Shown here piece after piece: positions 53,545-64,000 of a stretch of DNA of 64,000 nt. The stretch comes from Eledone cirrhosa (lineage: Eukaryota), in the NCBI GenBank assembly GCA_964016885.1, contig OZ024743.1:275156001-275220000 (forward strand). The letters are read 5' to 3'. Positions within the stretch are counted from its first letter, which is position 1. Every line of letters starts with the position of its first letter. The notes under the pieces are model-generated. The model saw only the letters and a list, made by a program, of their open reading frames with translations. It did not search any database and was not told the origin of the DNA. A program made the position numbers and the translations under genes.

Positions 53545-55250
53545 AGTGGTCAAGAAAGCCAGGGCAAAATTTTCACCGGGGCCAAACCGAATACCCTATT
53601 TGTTGTACTAAAAATGTCCCAGAGTCATGGAATGGCTCCACAAAATGATAGGGTCAGTATGATAGGGTCAGCATAGAAGAACTTGAAGATCAGTGACCAA
53701 TGGATGAGAGTCGAGGGTGTATATCGAGGGAGTATACATCGCGAAAGAGTAGAATTCGAGCGACATCAGCCAATTCAGACAGATATCACTTCTGAACGTT
53801 GAAGGTAAGATTTACTTCTCTGTTATGGCAACGAAGCTAACTAGATACCTTACAGAGAATAAGTACCTAAATATGCCAGTCCAGAAGGAAGGCATCCCTG
53901 GAGTGTCTGGTTGTGTAGAACATGCTTCAATGACTTGGGAAGCAATCCAAAGAGCTAAATCTAAAAAGAGAGATCTTGATTTAGTGTAGTTTGATCCGGC
54001 AAATGCCTACGGTTCGGTCTCACAGAAGATGATAAAACTAGCTCTCAAGATGTAGCATGTTCCAAAGAACATCAGAGAAATGTATTTTCGCGGCTTCTCC
54101 ATGCGATTCTCCCCCAAAGATAACACAACCGTCTGGATCAATTTGGAGGTTGGTATATAAATGGGCTGTATAATCTCACCTATACTGTTTGTGTTAGCAA
54201 TGGAGGTCATCGTGAAGGTGTTAAAGGGTTTATCAGCTCCAACAGTGCTCGGAGAGGGATTTCGAATGTCTCCTCTAAAAGCCATGGACGAGACTACACT
54301 CCTTTCCACAAAGTAGAATGAAACACGTAGGCTATTAGAACAGTTGGATAAGGTAGTTACATCTTCCAGAATGAGGTTCAAACCAAAGAAATCCCGAAGC
54401 CTCTCTCTGCGGAAGGGGAAAGTAGCGGGATCGGTGATATTGACAGTAGCCAACCAAAAGATCCCAACAGTGGCTGAGGAACCAGTCAAAGGTCTCGGAA
54501 GATGGCATAACGACAGACTGAAAGACACGAATAGGGGAGCCGAAACCAAGAAAATGACGGGAAAAGGTCATAGGGAACGTGGCCTCCCTGGTAAATATAA
54601 GGTATGGTATTTGCAGTTCATGTTGATCCTTCTCTGGCCTCTGCTGATATACAATATCTGCTCAAGTATGGCGGAGGCCATGGAGGCCAAAATTAACAAA
54701 TACGTGGTTTATTTTCCCGCAAGATTTTTTTGGTATTGCACTCTACTGTCGCCAGACAAAGCTGACACCACCCCTCAAATCCATCGTTGAGGAGTACAAA
54801 GTCAGAAAAGCAAGGTTCTTTACCATGCTTGAGAAATCGGAAAGAAGGTCGTGAGGTCGATCTGGCCCAAGCTCAAGACAGGCAGAATTTGGAAGATCCA
54901 GTAGATGATGCAAAAGAAAGTCTTACGGTCATAGATGTAATGGGACACACTCAGGCTAACAGGCAAGGACTGGGCGTAACAAAAATAGAAGGGTGGTCAG
55001 AGGCCAAGAGAAAGATGAAGAGAGATCTGATTTTACAGGAGGTGAAGAAGGAAGAGGGTTCCAGAAGGCAGTTCAGCAGAGCCAACAGAGCCAGTTGACG
55101 AGATAGAAAGGTGCACTCTAGAATCAGATTTCTCCTCAGATCTGTCTATGATCTCCTGCCCTCGAATACGAATTTAGTCAAGTGGGGTAAATCAGATAAC
55201 CCTGAGTGCCTATTCTGCCAGTGTAGACAGACAGTGGAACACGTTCCGAG
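53545..55250 (+). pseudogene. Decayed HERO-like (R2 group, RLE) non-LTR reverse transcriptase
   Basis: [86 protein letters not shown]...CLFC...EH; many stops and frameshifts. Confidence 0.88.
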
Positions 55251-55308
55251 CATATACATATACACACACACACACATATATATATGTATATGTATATGTA
55301 TATGTATG

Positions 55309-55389
<81 letters not shown>

Positions 55390-55754
55390 CCCGTCATTTC
55401 CGTTCCCCAGGTCACTCTTTCCCTACATGTCTCAGTCCTTGGTGTCTTTTTACATCACGGATCACAGGCCTCGCGCACCAGGACTGAACAGAGTCTGATT
55501 TACCGCCTTGGGTCCTGTTTTCCTCATGGACTCAATTCCCCTCCCCAATTTCTTTAATATTACACATTACACACGTTCGTGCTTACTTCTCTACCCTTCG
55601 ACCTGTCACGTTTAGCCCGTCAGTTATCACAAACGCGCTTGTCCATTTATCCCTAGATTCCTGTGGCTCTCTTATGGTCAAAAACATATTCTTACAGCTG
55701 ATACAGACCAACTAAATACGCACACACACCTCTACTTTGCCCTTCACAGCTCTG

Positions 55755-55817
<63 letters not shown>

Positions 55818-56080
55818 ACTCCCTTATATTAACATACTTTTGCTCACAGCTGGGCATCTGGGTTTGATTTAATCGACTAAAAAGTTTGAAGACGGTCAAA
55901 ACAGCATGGCCACATATAAAATCACCTGGTTGCGAAGCAGTATCTTCAATCACATATATATGTATGTATGTATATATATATGGCTGGACTAAAAAGTCAC
56001 ACACGTTCAGCGCATTGGTAGGGGTTCTCCTACATTGATATAAAGTAGTGGCCGTACTCGAAAACGAGTTGGCAGCCACC

Positions 56081-56112
<32 letters not shown>

Positions 56113-56241
56113 GTGTGTGTGTGTGTATGTGTGTGTATATATATATATATATATAGCGTAATCAATAAAATGAAGTAAGATTCAAAAGCATTATTATATA
56201 TATATATATATACATATATGTATGTATAAGTATACGCTCAC

Positions 56242-56274
<33 letters not shown>

Positions 56275-56276
<2 letters not shown>

Positions 56277-56572
56277 AAATTAAGATAAATCAAATGAAAT
56301 TAATCCAAATCGAAATTGTGGATGTCATGCCATAACGGCGTGCGCCATATCACCCGGAAAATAAGCTCAAAGATTTTGTAGGTCCGAGCATTTTATAATA
56401 ACTAGAAATTGATTAACATATATATAAATAAATATAAACAAGTTATTATAAAATGCTCGGACCTACAAAATCTTTGAGCTTATTTTCCGGGCGATATGGC
56501 GCACGCCGTTATGGCATGACACCCACAATTTCGATTTGGATTAAATTCATTTAATTTATCTTAATTTTGGAT
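56275..56572. mobile_element. Palindromic element in (TA)n (about 130-bp arms)
   Basis: CAAAATTAAGATAAAT...TATAATAACT versus AGTTATTATA...ATTTATCTTAATTTTG; rearranged relative at 60372-60582. Confidence 0.8.
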
Positions 56573-57052
56573 ATAGATATATAAATACGGCTCCTTAATT
56601 ATAGAGCTAACTCTGTTGAAAGGAATTGACTGCTGTTTATAGTTGTCGAATACCTATTCACGCCACTGAGACGAAGCCGCTGTGATGTGTAAAAACAACA
56701 CGTGGTAGCGGCCAGTTGAAGATTTGAACTCGCCGTGTAAGCATGGATTGCTGGAATATTGTTCTTCCTTGTTGACAATCCAATAATATCCACTTTCTGT
56801 GACTTACCATCTGATTAATTGGTGAAATATATTTCTTTAATGGAATATATACAGGGAAGATTAATCATTAAAAGGTATCTATTTTTGAAGTTCTAGTTAA
56901 CTTTATTTATTTGTTACCTACTAGCCACGCTTGTAAAAATTATCTCCTGTGATTATTCATGTTTATATTTATTTCTAGTTATTATATATATATATATTAA
57001 TAAAAGGAATTCAGCTGTTGAAAATTGCCAACTTGACTGTCACCACTGAATA

Positions 57053-57091
57053 TGAACCTGAAGATTGCGAAAGCATGAAAGTACTTGTTCA
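57053..57091 (+). ncRNA. Minimal type I hammerhead ribozyme
   Basis: TGAAC-CTGAAGA-tTGC gaaa GCAt-GAAA-GTAC-TT-GTTCA, inside a short-arm inverted repeat 56995-57208. Confidence 0.75.
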
Positions 57092-57237
57092 ATTAACATT
57101 TAACATTTAATATTCTACCATACTATTTCATTATAATATCATTATCATTTTAAAGGATTGTAAATAAAACGAGTAAATCAGACAAAGCTGGAATTCCTTT
57201 TATTAATATAATCTTCTATACACAATCATACACACCC

Positions 57238-57319
<82 letters not shown>

Positions 57320-57321
<2 letters not shown>

Positions 57322-57521
57322 CGAAGGAAATGTGGTAAGGAACCAGGTGGACCATAACGCACCAAAGTACTCAATACTTGAGGTAGTAGAGTGGGTAATA
57401 GGAACCAGTAAGACCCCGACAGCTGAGCTCAAGCCGTTTCGACGGCTAATTCTGGACTAAAATTTAGTCCAGAATTAGCCGTCGAAACGGCTTGAGCTCA
57501 GCTGTCGGGGTCTTACTGGTT

Positions 57522-57524
<3 letters not shown>
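57320..57524. mobile_element. Family A palindromic mini-element
   Basis: Junction TTCTGGACTAAAATTTAGTCCAGAA. Confidence 0.9.
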
Positions 57525-57557
<33 letters not shown>

Positions 57558-58395
57558 TCCCCACTTTCTACTCTATATGTATTTATGTGTGTATGTATGT
57601 ATGTATGTATGTATGTATGTATGTATGTATGTATGTATGTACGTATGTATGTATATACAGGCATTGCTTTATATCTGGAGATCTCTCTGCTCTTGTCGTT
57701 ACATGGTACCATGGGCCCAGCACTATATGTCAATAATTGTCACAAGTGTAGTGTTTGTACCAGAGTTTTCAAGTTGCTGGCTGGACTAAAAAGTCACACT
57801 TGTTTAGCGCATCGGTAGGGGTTCTCCTACATGGGTATAAAGTAGTGGCCGTACTCGAAAACGAGTTGGCAGTCACCATGTATAGATAGGTAAATAGATA
57901 GATAGATATGATCATTTTCGTCAGTTTTCGATGCTGGCAAAGGTTGGTAGAGTTGTTACAGTCCGTGACTCGACGTCGTGCTCATACGTTCCGTATTTTT
58001 GGCATATACACTCTAACGGATTAATGTATATTTTATGTATGTCTGTGTGTAATAGGTGGCGTTGTATATGCATATTTTCTGTTTGCCTAATTTAACCGTA
58101 TGTCATTAGGATAGATTAACACGTGCTCCACTTAATTTCGTCCTAATTAAACCTAGGTCGACTTGTATTTATTTAGCCGACTGTAATGTCCGGCTTGATC
58201 AAATTAATGTAGGGTTGGTTGTGTGGGAATGGTGTAATTACTGAGGATGGTGTGTGGTGGTTTGATGAAAGGCGTGCTGTGGTAGCGGGGCTGAAGAAAT
58301 ACGTGGAAAGTGGTGACATGCTGCAGTGGGTAGTGTGGTAGGAGGGTGACGAATTACGTGGATAGTGGTATCGTGCTGTTATGAGTAGATTGGTA

Positions 58396-58665
58396 GAAGC
58401 GCGTGGCTTAGTGGTTAGGGTGTTTGACTCGTGATTGTAAGATCGTGAGTTCGATTTCATGTTGTTCCAGTCCACACAGCTGGAAAAAAGTAAATTATGC
58501 TTGTAATTCAAAGGGACAGTCTTGTCACACGTTGTATCTCACTGAATCTACCAGAGAACTACTTTACGGGTAAATTACCTGAGGAATGCCCGACCACTTG
58601 CACGTTAATTTCACGAACTGGCTGTTTCGTTTATCATACAGTTGGAACACTCGTCATCGGAACCA
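58396..58665 (+). mobile_element. SINE type 2 (internal deletion)
   Basis: GCGCGTGGCTTAGTGGTTAGGG, GAGTTCGATT, GTTGTTCCAGTCCAC. Confidence 0.8.
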
Positions 58666-58904
58666 GTGATGTTTCACGAACACGGATAGTTAGTGCGGGG
58701 TGACACATTGTAGTACGTAGTGATGGAATAGAATGGACCTCCATTCAGGTAGCTGAGCATTCCAACCAAGGGCAACATGCTTTTCATCACTTCAAGATCG
58801 ATAAATAATTACTCGTTCAAAACTGAGATCAATTCTTCTATTCTCTCTCTTCCTTTCTTTCTCCCATCCTCTCTCTTTCTCTCTAATATATATATATATA
58901 TAGT

Positions 58905-59213
58905 AATAATTGTTTCTACGTTTGGCACAAGGCCAACAAATACCCAGTGCATTACTGGTACTTTATTTTATCGACCCCGTCGATATAGTAATAATAATTG
59001 TTTCTTATATAGGCACAAGGCCAGAAATTTTGGCGGAGGGGGAAGTCGATTAAATCGACCCAGTGCGTGACTGGTACTTTATTTTATCGACACCGTAGGG
59101 ATGAAAGGCAAAGTTAACCTTAGCGGGATTTGAACTCAGATCATAAAGGACCGTAACTCTATGCTGCAAAGCATGGCGTCCGGCCCGCTACTGAAACTGC
59201 CAATTCACCACCC
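58905..59213 (-). mobile_element. SINE type 1 plus extra 3' fragment
   Basis: 58905-58980 tail fragment; full copy 58995-59213. Confidence 0.8.
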
Positions 59214-59266
59214 TATATATAGTAATAATAATAAATGTGAAGACTAAATTCCATATACATATATAC

Positions 59267-59299
<33 letters not shown>

Positions 59300-59879
59300 T
59301 GTATGTATGTATGTATATATAGAATTAATCGGTTAGTTCCAGCCTGGAGAGGTTTAAAATACCCATGTCATGCCGTATAGACTACGACGGCGCCCCTAGG
59401 ATTCCATTAGGAGTTAAGATCAGTGACTATGGCATCAACCGAAAACTGCTATTTCTTCTCAGGTAACCCTTCCCTTTATGCATCTGTAACCCGTAGGGAG
59501 TGAAAATCTATATTTCATCTGCCAGAATATGAAGACAAACAATAACAAAATCCCTGCCACAGGTGTCTCCTGTTTCAACAGAAGTAGCTGATATCCCAAC
59601 AAATGGGGTTATATATTTATGTATGTAGGTATGTATATCTTTTTTTACGCATGTATATACAGTATACACATATTCATACTTCATCTATGAATATGAATCT
59701 ACAAGCATAAAGACGAACAGTCACACACTAAACTTTATATATGTGTGCGTATATATATTCGTGTGTGTGTGTGTGTGTTGAATAAAAAAAACAAGGTTAT
59801 AGGTAGAATTAAATCATTTATATATATCTACAAGCATAAAGACGAAGTCACACACTAAACTTTATATATGTGTGTGTGC

Positions 59880-59976
<97 letters not shown>

Positions 59977-60039
59977 TGTGTGTGTGTTGAATAAAAAAAA
60001 CAAGGTTATATGTAGAATTAAATCATTTATATACAATAT

Positions 60040-60362
60040 GTTGTTGGTGGACCTCCATCGTTTCCGACAAGTGATCCAGTGGATTTAATCATCGAAACTG
60101 CATGCTCGTGAAAAATACATGTAAGTGGCTAAACATTCTACAGATACTTGCACCCTTAACGTAGTACTCAGAGAGATCCAGCGTTACCCGTGCGTGACTA
60201 GACAGGTCCCTTGAATTATATGTATAACTCGCTTTTGCCAGCTAAGTAAACTGGAGCAACATAATATAAAACGTCTTGTTCAATGATACAATACACCGCT
60301 GTCCTGGAATTGAAGTCACGGCTACGACCCTGAGTAGAACACCCTAACTCCTAAACCACGGC
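60040..60362 (-). mobile_element. SINE type 2
   Basis: Antisense CTGGAGCAAC...GTCTTGTTCAA...GGAATTGAA...ACCCTAAC..CTAAACCACG. Confidence 0.75.
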
Positions 60363-60678
60363 TATATATATATCCAAAATTAAGATAAATTAAATGAATT
60401 TAATCTAAATCAAAATTATTTTCCGGGCGATATGGCGCACGCCGTTATGGCATGACACCCACAAGTGTGTAACCACACATAGCTAATTATATGTATAACT
60501 ATGTGTGGTTACACATTTGTAAAAATTATCTCCTGTGATTATTCATGTTTATATATATGTTAATCAATTTCTAGTTATTATATATATATATGTATATTTC
60601 GTTTCTGAATTTGTTTAGCAAGATTCTTTATCTGAAAACGTCCGGTTATGGAACCAACCATATATATATATATATATA

Positions 60679-60712
<34 letters not shown>

Positions 60713-61955
60713 GTTATATTTGGGGAGGGTCATATTTGCGTAATATTGCCAGAATTAATAACAGAACACACTCACTGTTTGGTTGGTTTTCGCTTCTCGC
60801 TGTCTTTTATATATATATATCTGCGATCTAACTTACTCGGTCCTCAATGTTGCCATTGACTGACCGGCGGTCAAAAATAATACAGATACAATATAGACAA
60901 ACACATATATATATTTTACATAATTTACATAAATCTTTCGTTGCACATCTGCAACATCGTCAGTGGTGTTATATTCATTGTTCCTCCTGTTGTGTTGTAT
61001 GTCTACGCCATTTTTTTTGTTCAGTCTGTCTATATATTTATTTATTTATTTGCTTGTTTTTTTATCTTATTTTATTTTGTCTTCTTTGCGCATGCGTTTG
61101 CGTGTGTGTATAGTGTTATGTGTGATGTGTGACTAGTGTGTATAGTGTTGTGTCTGCTGGGTGACTAGTGTGTGTTTATGTGCTTGTGTATGTATTTATT
61201 TATCTTATTTTATTTAATTTAATTTACTCATTTATTTATACTTCTCTTAGGTCAGTGTTGTTTGTTTGGGTGTTGTTGTTGTTCCACTCATTCTTTCTGT
61301 TTAGCTAAACAGAAAGAATGAGTGGAACAACAACAACACCCAAACAAACAACACTGACCTAAGAGAAGTATAAATAAATGAGTAAATTAAATTAAATAAA
61401 ATAAGATAAATAAATACATACACAAGCACATAAACACACACTAGTCACCCAGCAGACACAACACTATACACACTAGTCACACATCACACATAACACTATA
61501 CACACACGCAAACGCATGCGCAAAGAAGACAAAATAAAATAAGATAAAAAAACAAGCAAATAAATAAATAAATATATAGACAGACTGAACAAAAAAAATG
61601 GCGTAGACATACAACACAACAGGAGGAACAATGAATATAACACCACTGACGATGTTGCAGATGTGCAACGAAAGATTTATGTAAATTATGTAAAATATAT
61701 ATATGTGTTTGTCTATATTGTATCTGTATTATTTTTGACCGCCGGTCAGTCAATGGCAACATTGAGGACCGAGTAAGTTAGATCGCAGATATATATATAT
61801 AAAAGACAGCGAGAAGCGAAAACCAACCAAGCAGTGAGTGTGTTCTGTTATTAATTCTGGCAATATTACGCAAATATGACCCTCCCCAAATATAACAATA
61901 TCTGTTTCGACACACGATTTCATATAAAAAACCTCGCAAAACTAATTCATCGCCG
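60713..61955. mobile_element. Family B: 1184-bp spacer-less palindrome plus about 60-bp extra tail
   Basis: Axis between 61304 and 61305 (TTTAG|CTAAA); 60713 mirrors 61896; one mismatch noticed; right arm continues to 61955 then TATA. Confidence 0.92.
61642..61683 (+). ncRNA. Hammerhead motif in family B arm (mirror at ~60926-60967 minus)
   Basis: CTGACGA-tGTTGCA gatg TGCAAC-GAAA-GATTTA; strong stem II, weak stems I and III. Confidence 0.65.
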
Positions 61956-64000
61956 CTATATATATATAAAAATGAATGTATGTTTGTTTGTTTGTCCAAA
62001 GATATAAACGGAGAAAGAGAAATCAACGTATAGACAAACAGAGAGTGAAAGAGCGAGTAGTCTGGCTGCTTTGAACCACTCCCTATATTAGACTGTCTCT
62101 AAAGTTATAAACGGAGAAAGAGAAATCAACGTATAGACAAAGAGAGAGTGAAAGAGCAACGTATAGACAAAGAGAGAGTGCTATAAACGAAGAAAGAGAA
62201 ATCAACGTATAGACAAAGAGTGAGTGAAAGAGCGAGTGTGAAATTTTTTTAATTAAAGATAATTTCAATAGAATTAGTATTCTCTCTTTAATTTAATATA
62301 ATTTCAATAGAATTAGTAAATTCTCTCTTTAATTTAATATAATTTCAATAGAATTAGTATAGTGTCTGTTTCACATTACTCCCCTTCCACTCCCATTACA
62401 GGGAATTCTTTTTCAGCTAGCCCTTAACTAAGTGCTGTAATTTGCTATCTTCATTTCGTCTGTTCTTATTTTCCTGACCTGGACATAAACCAACAGCTTA
62501 TCTTCCCTACCTTTATCTCTATAGAAGTTACTACTTATTTCTTCATCCTTTTCTTTTAGTCTATGTATCTATATAGAGTTTTTTCCTGTTTTTCATCATT
62601 TCTCCATATACCGTTTCTGGGTTTCCTTTTTAATACCTTGGTGTTTTGATATTCTTAAAATATTATAATACCTTGGTGTTTTAATATTCTTAAAATATTA
62701 TATCTCTCTTCCACTATTATCACTAGAATTTCTACTCTAGCTATCTTATAGCCAATCACTAGAATTTCTACTCTAGCTATCTTATAGCCACTAACTGCTG
62801 TAATTTGATATCTTCATTTCGTCTGTCCTTATTTTCCTGACCTGGACTTACACCAGCAGCTTACCTTCCCTACCTTTATCTCTATAGAAGTTACTACTTA
62901 TTTCTTCATACTTTGGTTTTATATTTTTAGTTTTATTACCCTACCACATAAACAATGATCACTTATAATACCATGATCCATTTTCCTTATATACTGTAAT
63001 TTTCTGATGAAGGACTGAGGTACGTGTTATTTTGTCTGAATAATTTGTATTATTTTCACTCTGTTTTTACAATTGTTTATATCATCAATCAACACATACA
63101 TATTGGTTATGACTCCTTCTACATTTCGATTACATTGAGTTCTTCATACGTATTTCACACTACTGCTCATTTCGGTAGAGTGATTGTGATAAAATATTTT
63201 CCTTTATTTTCACTCTGTTTTTACAATTGTTTATATCATCAATCAACACATACATATTGGTTATGACTCCTTCTACATTTCGATTACATTGAGTTCTTCA
63301 TACGTATTTCACACTACTTCTCATTTCGGTAGAGTGATTGTGATAAAATATTTTCTATTCAATTATGCCTCCCAAACGACGAGCGATTGGTCAATCTACC
63401 CCTCAAGCAACGAAAAAATATGCATTACGAGCTTCAGAAACATACGAGCAACGGGAATCACGATTGGAAACCGTTCGAGTAAGAACTGCTCAAGCCCGTT
63501 CATCTGAAACAGACGAGCAACGGGAAGCAAGATTGCAAACCGTTCGAGTAAGAACTGCTCAAGCCCGTTCATCTGAAACAGACGAGCAACGGAAAGCAAG
63601 ATTGGAAACGAATCGACTACGCAATGCTCTCACAAGAAGAATACTGCACGATGATTTCAATCTTGGTGCATTTCATTACGATTCAAATTGTGATTACAGT
63701 CTTCATCCAAGTGTGATTATTGGAAAAATGGATAAATTATGCGGGTATTGTGGTGCCCTCAAATTTAAAAATGAAACACCAGGAATGTGCTGCTCGGGTG
63801 GAAAAGTGAAATTGCCAGAATTACATCCACCACCTGAACCATTATCAACGTTAGTATCAGGTGACACAAGCGAATCTAAACATTTCTTGGCAAACATACG
63901 CAAGTACAATTCATGTTTCCAAATGACATCGTTCGGTGCAACAAATATCGTGCGCGAGAATCACATGCCAACATTCAAAGTGCAAGGGCAAATTTATCAT
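61956..64000 (+). mobile_element. Helitron, 5' portion
   Basis: CTATATATATATAAAAATGAATGTATGTTTGTTTG resembles animal Helitron 5' ends; internal tandem duplications 62000-63360; Rep/Hel ORF follows. Confidence 0.65.
63365..64000 (+). CDS. Helitron Rep/helicase N-terminus (partial, 212 codons, open to window end)
   Basis: MPPKRRAIGQST..., 23-aa STPR-like repeats SETDEQREARLQTVRVRTAQARS, zinc finger IGKMDKLCGYCGALKFKNETPGMCCSGGKV, FLANIRKYNSCFQMTSFG, FKVQGQIYH; no stop. Confidence 0.92.
   Translation, partial: MPPKRRAIGQSTPQATKKYALRASETYEQRESRLETVRVRTAQARSSETDEQREARLQTVRVRTAQARSSETDEQRKARLETNRLRNALTRRILHDDFNLGAFHYDSNCDYSLHPSVIIGKMDKLCGYCGALKFKNETPGMCCSGGKVKLPELHPPPEPLSTLVSGDTSESKHFLANIRKYNSCFQMTSFGATNIVRENHMPTFKVQGQIYH

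Noticed and set aside
55390-55740. Continuation of the HERO element
   Set aside because: No coding similarity; CCCTTCGACCTGTC suggests an unrelated LINE UTR fragment, too weak to call.
59335-59612. Non-LTR 5' UTR or HDV-like ribozyme
   Set aside because: I could not fold a convincing nested pseudoknot by eye and found no second copy in the window.

Overview
Eukaryotic, AT-rich, repeat-saturated non-coding DNA. The microsatellite load and the two tRNA-derived SINE types resemble an octopod cephalopod genome (inference). No host protein-coding gene is supported, and nearly all entries in the ORF track are microsatellite or minisatellite artefacts. Recognisable coding remnants are all transposon-derived: a frameshifted L1/Tx1 LINE in (TATC)n (19745-22470), a decayed HERO-like RT (53545-55250) with a separate RLE fragment (28520-28770), an RTE 3' fragment, and an open Helitron Rep/Hel N-terminus with STPR repeats running off the right edge (63365-64000, absent from the ORF track). 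The main unexplained structure is a set of many families of small non-coding elements. They carry type I hammerhead ribozymes (folded by eye), sit in (TA)n tracts, and are mostly inserted as asymmetric head-to-head palindromes whose fold-back point often falls in ribozyme stem II. They are probably Penelope-like (PLE) pLTR or retrozyme derivatives. Three unrelated families use a U3-A8 core (UUGANAA) instead of CUGANGA, and one locus is a 310-nt tandem with one ribozyme per monomer. A 42-bp satellite of about 95 copies has also grown inside a single SINE. Coordinates were read by eye and may be off by a few bases.
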